Shown here: positions 12,900 through 25,499 of the stretch, in pieces
How positions within the stretch are numbered: position 1 is the first letter of the stretch
Layout of the letters: each line of letters begins with the position of its first letter
Origin: Hydrolagus affinis
Taxonomy: Eukaryota
Assembly: GCA_012026655.1 (NCBI GenBank)
Contig: JAAILG010000024.1
Span: forward strand, 62,001-126,000
Length of the DNA: 64,000 nt
Direction: 5' to 3'
Notes under the pieces: model-generated
Database searches by the model: none
What the model was told of the DNA's origin: nothing
What the model saw: the letters and a program-made list of their open reading frames with translations, nothing else
Translations under genes and position numbers: made by a program

Positions 12900-13800
12900 A
12901 GAAAAAAAATAAGCTGATGCCTCAAGCCATGGCAAAGTACAGAAAATCAGTATCCATATTAATACAACCCAAATGCAATTCAACCCTATATTTCACAATG
13001 TGACATTATTGGCAAATTTTCCACATTATTGCTGAATAATTCACCCGATTGCAAGTCTGTTGATTTTAAAATTAGCAAATTATTCAAGAAAACCCACATG
13101 CCAAGTTATGCAACAAAGAACAACTCCTTCCTGAAAATGTCTTGTGATAAAGCACCTGTGAGATGTCTGAGATGTATAGTACAGTACTGTATTTAGTTTC
13201 TGTTCAGCTCAAATTGCTCAGTGTGCGATGACATGGGCCCTAATGCAAAGATCTACAAAATGGCTGTTCCATCTTCATTTTATAAAATCCTTGTTCCAAG
13301 TTTACCATTTCTTGGCAAACCATTAGCATTTAACATTCAATTATATCACAAGAGTAAGGAGATTACAACAAAAAGCATATTTGGGTTATTGCTTCTGAGG
13401 CATACTTAGACAAATGCTGGAACATTCCACTTGTCATCCAGCCAGCCAGCGGTAAAGTATTTTCTGGCTTTGAGAAGAAAAGCAAAGACAGGGGTTTAAT
13501 TTAGCCTCTACCTCAATGCTCGTGCTGAGAAAACTTTGACTTAGTTTTTAATAATCCTTGCATTTAATATAGCGCTTTTCACGTGTTCTAGAAATCTCAA
13601 AACGCTTCACAGAATATACATATAATGTGCACACATTTAACCCAGGCTATTTGAATGAAATAACAAATATGCATGTATACAGTATACAAAACATCTTAAG
13701 TTACCATAACCATCACTACTTGGTGCCTATCCAGATCAGTAAGGAAATCTTCCATTTGAGATCACGAATTAGCTCTCAATCATTGTTTCCTCTCAATACC
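12900..13800 (+). mobile_element. Ancient non-LTR linker/RT relic, interrupted by a SINE tail at ~13550-13620
   Basis: SVDFKISKL, VPSSFYKILVPSLPFLGKPLAFNI (IPxxFLK...IAKPLTHIFN), SGKVFSGFEK, VPIQISKEIF (VFIDLSKAF). Confidence 0.55.
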
Positions 13801-14077
13801 TTGCAATAACTAGCAAAATAATAGTGATGAACTTTATTCTCGAAAGAGGCAACAGAGGCACTGGAAAGGTGGGTCCCAGGTCAGTCTTTTTGGCCTCTTC
13901 CACCTTGTCACGGTACTCTGGTTCTGCAGGGATTGCTGCTAATATTCCAACAGGGCTGCCATAACCACATTCACAGTACAGTAGACAAATTATATCTGTC
14001 CACATGCTGCCCTGTTAACCTGCACCAGCTGCTACTTGATGATTCAACAGGAAACATTTCCTCTGTTGCTTTTAGGT

Positions 14078-14457
14078 GTCAGCTTGGCTCAATTGGTGGG
14101 CTCCACGTTGGGAGCTGAAAGTCGAAGTTGACAGTCCAATGCTGTGCTGGGGGAACGTCTGATTGTCGGAGATCCAATTCTTTGAAATGAGAGGTTAAAC
14201 CAAGGTCCCATCTATCTGTTTGGGTGGATATTAAAAATCCCGTGACACTCTGTGAAACACAAAGGAAGTTTCTCCATGGGTCCACGTCAACAAATGACCA
14301 TTCATTCCAACGGCTGTTTGTGCGACATGGATGCATGCAAATTAGCTGCTGCACTCACCTACAAATACATAGTCACCGCACTTTACAGAAAAAAACCTCT
14401 GATAAGCTCGTTAAGATGTTTTGCAGCATGCTACATCAAATGCAAGGATTAATATTA
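14078..14457 (+). mobile_element. Near full-length DeuSINE (SacSINE1/AmnSINE1-like Deu domain)
   Basis: tRNA-like head tggctcaattggt, Deu core tgtcggagat...gagaggttaaaccaaggtccc...ggtggatattaaaaatcccgtgacact, shared 3' tail. Confidence 0.75.
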
Positions 14458-14615
14458 GTTCTAGCAGCTCTTCAGATAGCTAACCCAGCCACAGATAGTT
14501 TGTATTTTGGAAGAATTCCCCGTTTTACAAAACCTTCGTAAAGACACTGTGTGTGACGTTTTGAATGTAAATAGCTTTACTTTGGTTAAACAGATAGCGA
14601 GAGATGTCTACAGTA

Positions 14616-14950
14616 GGAGCTCCTGTGGTTCAGTGGTTAGAGCAATTATCTTGCAAGCTGGGGAAACCTGTGTTCGAATCCAGGCAGGTCAGGGCGAAAC
14701 CTTGGGCAAGTTTCCTTACTCCACATACCTAATAATAATCCTTCCCCCAAAAAAACACACAACAGTAAAATTGGTCATTTCAATCCACGACTGTTTGTGG
14801 GACACTGCTGTGCGCAATTGGCTGCCGCGATTCGCCCACAAATAAACAGTCAATTCACTTTACAGTATATTCTGTGAAGCGCTTTGGGATGTCGATAAGA
14901 TGTGAAAAGCGCTATATCAAATGCAAGGAGTATTATTATTATTATTATTA
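14616..14950 (+). mobile_element. Full-length tRNA-derived SINE, short variant
   Basis: A box tggttcagtggtt, B box gttcgaatcc, body, (ATT)n tail. Confidence 0.95.
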
Positions 14951-15099
14951 GGAACAGGATTGTCAATTGTGCATTCACTGCATAAGTTGTAGCTTCACAC
15001 TTAAGCTCCACCCTTCAGCAACACAGCTCATACAGTATATTTAATGGACATTAGTTTTCAATTTGGGGAGGAGGAGGGGAGATAGATCAAAGTTTTGAG

Positions 15100-15440
15100 A
15101 AAGTTTAAATTGAATATGAATTACATCTTATGTGACAGTCTTGCAGAGCCTGAAATTTAGTTATTTTGGATTGCTCTTAGTCTCAGTTCACCTTAAGTAC
15201 ACATGAAAATGGATTGGAAATGTGCATGTTTTATGAATAGCATGCAGCCGGAGGTAGTAATAACGAGGATAGGCTTGTACATTTGACCCCAGAAATTTCT
15301 GCAAGATAGAACTTTATTGAGCCGTTGAGACATGCATATGTAATATCATGGTAACCAGAATTAATTCTCCTTCCTAATTTTGCAATAAATCTGTCAATTT
15401 CCACTGCTTCCCAGTAGTCAACAATACGCCAGAGCATTTT
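15100..15440 (-). mobile_element. Ancient non-LTR RT relic
   Basis: VEIDRFIAKLGRRINSGYHDIT...TSLSSLLLP (EIxxIIxKLKxxxSSGYDxIS...SLSxGIFP), then KHAHFQSIF (KxAKVxPIF). Confidence 0.6.
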
Positions 15441-15739
15441 TTTTTTTTACAGATGCAATGCAGGATGAAGGCATGAGATTTGGGATCATCCTCTACCTTT
15501 GACAGAATATTTCAGTATTTCACAGCACTGAGCTCAGCATTCAATTCCATATTCAAATTGGTTGATTAATATTGTGTAATGTGGCATGAGATGAAAATGG
15601 GATTTCGGTGCCTGTGATTACGGAGGTGGGGATTAAGCCCATGCTGTGCGTTCAGAATGCTCAAAACGACAGGGTGAAAATGCGGCGCTTACTCTGTTCC
15701 ATTTCACTTGTGAGCTATCAGGTCTTTTCTCCCACAAAA

Positions 15740-15940
15740 TATACAAAATATGTAAAACAATAATAAATTGGTCATTTCAATCCACAACTGTTTGTGGGAC
15801 ACTGCTGTATGCAAATGGCTGCCACATTTTGCCCACAAATATACAGTCAATTCATTTTACAGTATATTCTGTGAAGTGCTTTGAGACATCTAGAAGACGT
15901 GAAAAGTGCAATATCAAACGAAAGGATTATTATTATTATA
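15740..15940 (+). mobile_element. SINE 3' portion
   Basis: Matches the family body and tail. Confidence 0.9.
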
Positions 15941-16996
15941 TTCTGTAAAGTGCTGTGAGACGTTTCAAAGACACGATAAGTTGTGTTAGCAATAATCACA
16001 ATATCCCAAGTATAAGAAAGGATGACTGCATTAATAAACTCCTTTTTGCTTCCTTCGTTGAAACATTAATCAGTTCCCACAATATTCTTCAAATAAGGGG
16101 GTCAAATCATACTTTGCCAATGCGCACTTATTTTGGCGTGAGCACTGGATTAATATAAAGGCTTTATGCCGTGGAGTAAGTGACTTATATTAAGAGTATT
16201 ACTGTGAAGAATGTCTGTGATGCATAATCACAGATCAAATGAACTCGTTATTATGATCTCTACAGCCATGCGGTCGTGGTAAGCATCCTCCTCCATTTAT
16301 GATCCAACAGGCAGATATAAATGAAAATCATGCCTGAAAAATTGAATGCTGAAAGATTTTCAGGTGAATAAGGGCAACGTGAACTAGTGCACCAATGTCC
16401 TTTTGCAGCTTGTGCCGCAGCAGGGAGCCCCATCGGGTAATTAAAATGACTGCTGTAGGTATAACCTTATATTACACAGCATCCTGCAGACTGCTTCATT
16501 AACCTTTCAACACTGACATTGGCCAGGCTTGCTCAGACTTAAAATGATCTATAATTAAAGCAGAGCTCTCCAAAGATCAATCTTTATTTACGAGAAGGTG
16601 GCCCACGCAGTTTTTTTTTGTTTTGCAAATAGTGACTATTTTGCAATTTCAACTGCTTAATTTTCAGCCATAAAAAAGACGCTGTTGCTACATTTGATTG
16701 TGGCTGCACTATAATATGAGGAGAGCACTGAAATTTGGCTTCAAATAATCTTGGAATAAAAAATCGGCAAAAACATCCCCAATATGAACAGGATTTGATC
16801 TTACAAACTTAATCTTATCTACTGTACATGAGATCCTTCACTGTTAAGCAAAAAATATCCGCACAAAAGTGTCTATTTCAAGTGTAATTTTTCTGAATCT
16901 ATTAGAGGTTTCACTGAATCCAAAATGCAGCTGACATTTCTTTGGATAGACTGCAATAATAATAAGGTAAGCAGTTTGAGGTATTCTCGCCTCTGA

Positions 16997-17320
16997 AACA
17001 ACAACAACAACAAAAATTACATTTATAAAGTGCCCTTCACGTCGGGAGGATGTCCCAAGGTGCTGAACAGTCAGGGCAGGACCCAAGCAAAGGGGAGGGG
17101 AGGGAGAGAGTTTGGAGGGCAGCAGAAGGCACTATCGAAAAGGAGGGTCTTGAGATCAGCCTTGAAGGAGGCAAGGGAGGAAGCAAGGCAGAGACTGTGG
17201 GATGGAGTTCTCGAGTATGGGGACAGAGAGGCTGAAAGCCCGTCCACCAATACTAGGGCGAGTCAAGCGGGGGAGATGAAACAGACCGGAATACGCTGAA
17301 CGGAGTGGGTGGGCAGGTTC
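16997..17320 (-). mobile_element. L2 LINE 3' region
   Basis: (CAA)n tail, L2 terminal motif, and purine-rich reverse complement of the ORF2 C-terminus/3'UTR. Confidence 0.85.
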
Positions 17321-17447
17321 AGAAACAGAAGACTGTTCAAGCTTCACAGCAAGACTTGAACTCATGCGGAATGGGCTGATACAATGCTGGGGATGGGGGA
17401 GGAAGACGGTTGGTGATGATGACGATGATGATGATGGTGGATACATG

Positions 17448-17700
17448 GTTGGAAGTGCCATCTTTCAGATGAGATATTAAGCCAAGAGAATTTCTCCGGA
17501 CAACCTGAACAACAATCTCCACAGATTAGCATGATAATTTATCTCTTCACCGAACCCATCGTGTGTGTGGGATATTACTGTGTGCAAATTGGCTGATGGA
17601 TACACCCACAAAACATACACACTGCACTTTACCGTAAATGCAGTGAAGTGCTTTGTGGCGTTTTCACGGATGACGAAGAAATGTATGTAAAATGATTCTT
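17448..17700 (+). mobile_element. DeuSINE fragment
   Basis: ggaagtgccatctttcagatgagatattaagcc Deu core plus the 3' tail. Confidence 0.7.
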
Positions 17701-17729
17701 TAACTTCTTTAAATTTTCGAAATTGCACA

Positions 17730-18290
17730 AAAATGATCCTCAAATACACCCGTGAAAATCTTGATACCAACAGTAATGATTTGCAATTTAAAACGATGGA
17801 GATCTCAGAATGTTTTATACTAAAATCTTTATTTGCATTACTTCATGATCATGAAGTGAAGCAAATTATTTTAAATTATAGAATCCTATTTTATTGTTTC
17901 TCTTTACTTTTTTTTGACGAATGAAGACGTTTGAATGACATCACAATGTACTGTAGGTACAATTGTAACTATTGAACATGTTTGATCACATTTAGACTAA
18001 CTATGTTTCAAGGTTTCTTTTTAAGTTACAAAATGTCTGTAATTTGTCTCATTAGAATGAACTGAAATATGAAATTCACAGAGAGAAATTGAAAAATTCC
18101 GAAGGTATACTATATCTGGAGTCTAGCTTTAATATTTTATAATAATATTTTTGATTGCATTCGCAAAAAGGGTTCTGTAAGTATTACATTTTCCTATATG
18201 TGTCAAATCTGAAATTTTAATCAGAACATCTCAGGCAAAGCTCTCATGGCTTTGCAGAACTTTATTGAACATGCTAAACTCAAGTTAGAA
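17730..18290 (+). mobile_element. Ancient non-LTR RT relic
   Basis: DHEVKQIILN (EVxxIIxxL), NIFDCI (KIFEKxI), LMALQNFIEH (STxMALxxxxExI). Confidence 0.45.
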
Positions 18291-18444
18291 CCACATAAAT
18301 TTACAGCGCAGAAGACCATTCAACCCATTGTTTCTCTACTACCTCTCTGAAAGAGCTATTTGCTGGCCTTTTCCCTGCAAATTCCTGCAGATCATTCCTC
18401 TATATATCTATTTTCTTGACTTCTAATGTGTATCTTGCTTTTGT

Positions 18445-18607
18445 GTGGTTCCTTCGAAATAGTGGCATGGGATCCTTAGCATCCACCAGAACCAGTATTT
18501 TTTCACTGTGGTGTCAGAGTACATTAGTACATTAATAATTCAAATCAGTATGTGTGCGTGTGTGATCCAAAACATTCTGACTCAGAAGAGTTAAACGAAG
18601 CGAGCTG
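18445..18607 (-). mobile_element. DeuSINE fragment
   Basis: ttcgaaatagtggcatgggatccttagcatccacc (reverse Deu core) and ttctgactcaga (reverse head). Confidence 0.7.
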
Positions 18608-18994
18608 GAATGGCACCCAAAATAATCTCTTTAAAAATTGCCCAATGAATTACCCAAGAACTTTTAAAGATAAATTTATCAGCCGAGACTGAATCGATTC
18701 AGATCACCTGTAGTTACACTGCGATGGCGTGAGTCAATTTCCTCGCAAGATGCTGTTGGCAAGTGGTCTCCAGTGTGATTCACACTGATTAAACTGCAAT
18801 TTCCAATTTCAATTCGGCACTAGTTTCTCATCAAATCAACAGGATACAAATAAATCTTTTAACCAGATGTTATTGTGTCCCTTCAAAACAACTGAAATTA
18901 GAATAGAGCTTTCAGTGAATAAATGGTTAAATGCTTGGTTGTGTGATGGTGCTTAGTTAATTGAACACAATTAAACTGGTATATCAATCAATCA

Positions 18995-19170
18995 AATCAA
19001 AACTTACATTTATATAGCACCTTTCACGTCGAGAGGACATCCCAAGGCGCTGTACAGTTAGGTAGGGACAAGAGCAGGTGGGGAGGGATCGGGGCAGGAT
19101 GAAGAAGAGTAGGAAAATTGATTGTATATTTGTGGGCAAAATGCAGCAGCCAAATTGCGCACAGCAATTA
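18995..19170 (-). mobile_element. L2 3' terminus adjoining a SINE fragment
   Basis: cctttcacgtcgagaggacatcccaaggcgctg followed by tgtgggcaaaatgcagcagccaaattgcgcacagc. Confidence 0.8.
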
Positions 19171-19184
19171 TATAAGGGCTTGCC

Positions 19185-19390
19185 TCAAATCACACTGGTT
19201 TGTTTGTGCAAAGAGTGAGCACACAAGGTTTGCTGCTCTGTAATGTCACTCGTGTAAAGTGGCAGAGTTTGAGGGAGGTTCTAATCTTTGCGATTGCATT
19301 GTGAGTGCTTCCAAAGTGCTGGTTTGTGTCTAAAATTGTAAACCTTAGATTTAAGCAGCAAGACTTTTTCCCCTGAAAGAGAAACATGGA
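19185..19390 (-). mobile_element. Ancient APE endonuclease relic
   Basis: HFTRVTLQSSKPCVLTLCTNKP matches the C-terminal endonuclease motif PTRVTxxSxTxIDxIxTNxP. Confidence 0.65.
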
Positions 19391-20116
19391 AACAGCACAA
19401 GCAATTAGCCCCTTCGAAATGGAGGAGGAAATGCTGGAGGAAATGCGTAATGGGGAATGGGATTGGAGGCTTCAGAGATGAACGATAACTATGTTAATCA
19501 AACATGGGACAGGGTGCGTTTTGTGTTGCTTGGGGCAGCATCTTTTCCCTAAGCCTGGGAGGAATAATGGGAAAGTGAGATTGATAAATATCCTGCGGCT
19601 TCACCTTTTCACCTGTGAGGATCTCGAAGCAAATCTATGGCTCGCTGAGATGACCAGAAGGCGCGAATAATGAGATTAACTGTGTTGTTCCTTTGAAATA
19701 GTGGCATGGGATCCTCTGTACAAGCGATAAGACTGACTGATCACGTGGATATTCCAACTTCCAAATGTTGTTTTCTGTTTGATTTGCACACCCTGTGAGT
19801 GTTTGGTACAAAATTGGTGTTAATAACTTGTTGACATAAAATTCCATTTTACCACTCAGGCTGAGGCAATGTGCCTTGTAACTCTGACGAACTGAAAATC
19901 AAAGCAAACTCTCAGCTTGCCAATTACAGCAATATTATCCCTGCATCTCTAACACACATCCATTTTTCAACTTCCTTGCTGTTTCAACTTCGAGCTGCGT
20001 GCTGTTTCAATATAAAGATAGTATTTCTGGGCTCATTTCCCCAGTAAAAAGTTTTACAATCTCCCTTGCAAGAAAATAATTTGCATTCTGTTTCTTCAAT
20101 ATTCTGACATAGTTAA

Positions 20117-20424
20117 CTCTTGCATTTCGATATAGCGCTTTTCACATCTTCTAGACGTGTCAAACAGCTTCACAGAATGTACTGTAAAGTGAATTGACTG
20201 TATATTTGTGGGCGAAATGCAGCAGCCAATTGTGCACGGCAGTGTCCCCACAAACAGTCGTGGATTGAAATGACCAATTTTATTATTGTTAGTTTTTGGA
20301 GGGAATATTATGAGGCGTGTGGAGTAAGGAAACTTGCCCAAGATTTTGCACTGACCTGCCTGGATTCGAACACAGGTCTCAAGCTTGTAAGGCGAGTGCT
20401 CTAACCACTGAGCTACCGGACTCC
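20117..20424 (-). mobile_element. Full-length tRNA-derived SINE, short variant
   Basis: Reverse complement of the family, with intact A and B boxes. Confidence 0.95.
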
Positions 20425-21199
20425 TGGATTCCTTCAGCTCAGTAGTTAGGAGCTCAGGAGTTGTTGAAGTAAACCCTATTGAGTCACTTAGGACTGATTG
20501 TAAGCAGTGAAGAGGGGACAACTGAATGTAAGAATTTATTTAGGAGAGAGAAAATATTGTCACACCGTCAGACATTGTTCTAATCCATTTTGAGAGGACA
20601 TTAACACCATACATGTACCCTGCACTTCTGTGCCATCCAGTGGACTGGAGGACAATTACCAGCACTTTTCCTTTATTGAATGCGGCTTGTGGCTATAAAG
20701 ACAGCAACGGGATGGTCGTTCATTTATTAATTAACCTTTCTACTGTTTTTTCTCACAATGCACATAAAATTTCCTCGTGGACGTTAAATACTTAGAGAGT
20801 ATTTCTTCTCCTCACCGTTAATCCATGCAACTCTTGGAGCAGAGATCCTTCCAGTTCTGAACATCGGGATGATAATCCTGAACACCGCTGAAGATTAACC
20901 TCCCCTCCCCAGGTCTCATAGAAGAGTACGATCTGGAGCAGTCTAAAGTCCAGAGTGTTCTTTATTCTCATGCTCCTGTTCGATGTTTCCTAATCAGGCT
21001 AACCGGGTTAAAGCTCTGTAGTTTGCCATTGCAACCAACATGATGTAGATGTGGGGATTAGTGAATATTCTGGAGGTTTAGCTGGATTATCTTTGAGGAT
21101 CAGATTACATGTACTGAGAACTTTCCTCTGAGAGATAGAGGGGATAGGTTTAGTTCAAATAAAGTCCAATAAATGAAAATAAATATCTCATTTGTCCCA

Positions 21200-21600
21200 A
21201 AGCTTTGAGCTGTTTGTCCAGCTAAGATCTTACTCATTAGGACTTTGGCTTGCAGAATTAACAATGACTGATACAAAATCTTTAACACCATCACATATAA
21301 AGATCTATATCTTAAGTACCATCAACTCCGCATAATTCAGATCTAAGTGTATTGTTTAATCTTAAAATGCTATGTGTTTTAAGATGAAATGTGAAGGTCT
21401 GGACCCATACTGTTGTTCTGTGCTTGCCAACTGAAATTGCCTGCGAGCACAAAGTGCAATAGACTGAAAGTGCATCCATTCGCTATCGATGTTTTCGCGC
21501 GAGTGAAGATTTCAATGTGATCTTCATTCGTGTGTAAGAATGATTTGAAAGCCACTATTATTAAGACCACAAGCATATAATAATTAAAATTATTGTTTTA
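21200..21600 (-). mobile_element. Ancient non-LTR RT C-terminal relic
   Basis: LLHFVLAGNFSWQAQ (FLGVxLDxNLSWxxH), then VLKILYQSLL (LKxLYxSLI). Confidence 0.55.
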
Positions 21601-22289
21601 TTGAGCAGCATTCTAATCAATGTTGGGTACTCTGCAGAATGCCATAGACGTTGGTACTTTATAAAAAGATGAGCAATTAATTTAGATGAAAATAAATATC
21701 TCATTTGACCCAAATAAACTCATGCCTTACCTTGGGTCCAAAGTATTGTGTTACATTTAATATAGTAGTGCCAAACAAACATGCATTTGAATCCCTCATA
21801 GATATTTTTTATTGACTTTTGTCTAATTTATGAATATTACTTCCATGCAAGAGATAATATCTACTGACAATTGGGAGACCCAATTGGGAGTCAGCAACCT
21901 CTAGACATCTGGTCTGGGAAGATTTATTGATAAAAAAAAACACCCATTGCTTCAAATGTACTTCAGAATCGAGCAGTATGAATTTACCTTAGGAAGTTTG
22001 GATCCATTATCCTGCAGTTTCAACAACAAAACAACAAAATTACATTTGTATAGCGCATTTCACGTCGGGAGGATGTCCCAAGGCACTGTTTCAGAGCAGC
22101 ATGGAGGGGACCTAGGGATGGAGTTTATGCAACTTGTTAAAACACCTCTGTGCATTGCTCTAAAGATCCACTGCATAATTTCATTTTATTAGGAAACCAG
22201 TACAAAATATTAAATTGACTCTATCTAGGGATCGACTGTCGCCAGGTCTTGCAAATGCCGAGAGGCACAAACCTTTTGATTTAGATTGC

Positions 22290-22770
22290 GAGTGCAGAAC
22301 TGGAGAATATGGCTTCAGTGTGAAAAACCACTGACAACACTGGAGATTAAAAGGATTTTCTTTTCCCACAGAACAACGAATATATGAAGCATGAGTCCGA
22401 GAAAAACACCTGATGCATTGATTAATGCCTTCAAAAAATGGATAAGCTCTGCTTGAGAATGATATTAGAGTATTTGGGGAAAACTGAGGACTGAAATAAA
22501 AAAATACTCCATTAAAATGGTTTCAATGCACCTGGGATTAGGATGGAAGAGTGATGGAATGAAGCAAACCGAGGCTGAATGGTGAAGATGTGGGGATTAG
22601 TGAATATTCCGGAGGTTTAGCTGGATTATCTTTGAGGATCAGGTTATATGTGCTGAGAAATTTCCTCTGGGAGATAGAGGGGATAGGTTTAGTCCAAATA
22701 AAGTAGGTTTTAAATGGTCAATGGAGAGCAAACTTGATGTGTCAAATACACTTTCTCATTCCCCGCTTTC
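22290..22770 (+). mobile_element. Degenerate CR1 3' region containing a 119-bp inserted duplicate
   Basis: ttcttttcccacagaac, attaatgccttcaaaaaatggataag and ggctgaatgg are CR1-like. Confidence 0.55.
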
Positions 22771-23202
22771 TTCGAAACAATGCCATAAGAATATATGTAT
22801 TCAAATTAGCATGGGAAAGCAATTGAGTAAATATTGCCTTTAGTCTTTGCTAAACAAAAAGAAGTGTTTTGAGGCCAGGAAATGCAATTTTATAATTTAA
22901 TTTTTTTGTTTTCCTTTTTGTGTTTCTTTGTTAAACGAGCAGGTGTTCAGCTCAGTTACCGACAGTGATAGTTCCTGTGTTTAATTATGGTTAGGTAGGA
23001 GTCATGAACCAAAACAAATGTTCTTTTGTGGTTTCATATGAATGAACTGAAATAAATTGAAAATAAATTTATAGAAATCTGTGTATCTTTAAATGGCTTG
23101 TTGTTGAGGACTCATAAAATAGCAAAATCCAAAAATGTAATGCTTCCATTAAATATTTGTGTTTAAAATGTGACCCTCCATCATTGATGTAACTAAAACA
23201 AA

Positions 23203-23577
23203 TAACAACAATAATAATAATACTACAATACTTGCATTTGATATAGCGCCTGATCACATCATTGAGACTCTCTCAACGCTTCACAGAATTTAATGCAAAG
23301 TTGATTGATTTGGGGGTGACAAGCAGCAACCAATTGCACACAGTAGTTTCTCACAAACAATCATGGATTGAGTGACCAAATTATTATTATTTTTTAAAGA
23401 TTTATTACCCCCGGAAAACCAATCCCCCCATCGACGAGAGACCGGTTTCCTACTTACTGCTAAATAAACAGACATGTGGAGTAAAGAAACTTGCTCAATG
23501 TTTCATCCTGCTGGGAATCAAACCCAGGTCTTCTCGGTTGCATGGCAGATGCTCTAACTACAAACCAACAGGATGCC
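23203..23577 (-). mobile_element. Full-length tRNA-derived SINE, long variant
   Basis: Family head and tail plus an extra internal segment shared with 32025-32401 and 36297-36648. Confidence 0.9.
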
Positions 23578-23689
23578 AGCTTTTCAAACCCAATGACAAG
23601 TGTTCAATGGCCAGAAGTAAGAGCAGGCTAAAAGTTGGCCCTATCGTCATAGCATAAAACAACATTCTGAAGCCTGACTCTTCCTGTAA

Positions 23690-23855
23690 TAAAATATCCT
23701 TGTTCATCTTAAGTTTGTGGGATGTTGTTGTGCAAATTGGCTGTTGTGTTAGCCTATCAATATCATCACTACACTTTACAGTCAAATGCTGTGAAGTGCT
23801 TTGATACCTTTTGATGAAATGGTGAGTTGCTATACTAAATGCAAGGATTATTATT
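23690..23855 (+). mobile_element. SINE 3' half
   Basis: tgtgcaaattggctg...aatgcaaggattattatt. Confidence 0.8.
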
Positions 23856-24049
23856 TCTTACAAGCAAAAATAGGATCTTCTACATCCAGTTTTTTGGGGC
23901 ATTAAATGTCGTGAAGTGCACATATTATCATTTCCTTTGAACAGTGTGCCTGGCCAGAATTTCAACAAAACGTTTGTCAATAATGATTCAGCGAGTCTCA
24001 GCAAGTTTGCTGCTGAGCTAGTCATGTTTGCAGAAAATTTATTGAAAAC

Positions 24050-25350
24050 CGTTAAATGCTTTTGAGCAGAGCCTTACGTCCATCATTCATTTCAGCAACT
24101 GTGAAGAGGCCTGGAGTGTGAGGCAAAGATTCCTCATGAATATAGGAAAAAGGCGACAGAGTGAAAGCAGTAGGTGTTGCTTTTAAAGATATCGATGATA
24201 CCCAAATCTGAAATTGGCCATTCATCAGTAAGTGTTCATCAACCCAGCCCGATTGGTCAATTCTTGTCACTGAGGTTATCTCGTACTTAGAAACAGTTCT
24301 ATCAGAATCGAAAATATTGGAATATATTCTTATAATACATCTGTGAACACAAGCTGACCAGGACAATGGTAATCTTCCAGAACCCAAAGTGTCAAAAATG
24401 CACAAGCAATATCCCTGGGGGATAATAAAGTAATTTGAATAGCATTTCTCCATAAATAACTCAGTTCATTGCATCTCCTCGGATTTAGTTTGAGAGTAAA
24501 CTCATGAACTGGGCTGATTTTAAGTTGCGATTGGCTTCGTAAAGCATGTGGTCTTTTTGATGGTTGCAGTTCATTTTCCATTATGTACATTCAGTAAAAA
24601 GCTTTTGTTTAAATCAAACAGTATTCAGTATAATCCATAGAAACCAAAAGATCATGGGGTCCATTTCCAATTGATGCAGAAGCAACAGCAGCCAATATGC
24701 CCACAACAAAGTCCCACAACCAGACACAATAACAAGAACATAAAATTACACTTGTATAGCGCCTTTCACGTCGGGAGCACGTCTCAAGACGCTGACATGA
24801 AATGAATACTCAGTTTATCTAGAGGGTTGTTGTTCAGGGCACTGGAAGAAGTTGGTGAACAGCATCGATATCTCTAAACTTAGTGGCAGGAGGATTTCCT
24901 TGCCCCACACCTTTGTAAACAGGGCTTTGTGTTAAAATGAAAAATCATTTCACTGAGCAGTGAATTATGAAATGTCAAAAAGTGTCCAGTCTCCAGCCAC
25001 CTATGAAATTGAAATGTTTTGGATGATTTGTAAGATTTTAAAAAAGCCACTCCAAAAACTATATATTGTCTGTGATATTTATATTCCATAAATTCCAAGG
25101 ATTGGAGGCTATGGTTTTCATTTAGCTGTAACATTCGCAAATCATGCAGTGGACCTTTGGGGACAAAGTATATATATTTTTTTGTCTTCAATGCACACTC
25201 AACCCAGAGTTCCGATTTGTGCCTATCACAGTTTGAAAGGGTTATTGAATCAGTTTCTGCATTTCCAATATTGTTTGATACATACAGCGTCCATGGGAAC
25301 CTCAAAGTAAATGGGCTGAAATAGATTAAAAAGACAAGACAAGTGATGAG
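24050..25350 (-). mobile_element. Ancient LINE ORF2 relic (endonuclease then RT), interrupted by an L2 tail at ~24730-24795
   Basis: SELWVECALKTKKYIYF and QYIVFG (endonuclease), followed by HEFTLKLNPRR, IFDTLGSGRLPLSW, LLMNGQF, KATPTAF and FTVAEMNDGRKAL (RT). Confidence 0.6.
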
Positions 25351-25499
25351 CCGGGAAAAAAAAACAAAGCTAAGAAGGTTCATGGTATTTGCTAAGTCCT
25401 GACCATGTCTTTGAGACGTCTAGAAGATGTGAAAAGCGCTATATAAAATGCAAGGATTATTTTTATTATGTCCTTGTGAGTGAATTGGGAGCATCCATA

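Noticed and set aside
13793-14005. Protein-like minus-strand ORF (AIPAEPEYRDKVEEAKK)
   Set aside because: No family recognised and no convincing splice sites
14616-14690. tRNA gene
   Set aside because: The tRNA-like A/B boxes run straight into SINE body sequence found many times in the window; this is a SINE head
20096-20521. 141-aa ORF as a gene
   Set aside because: It is the translation of a SINE copy
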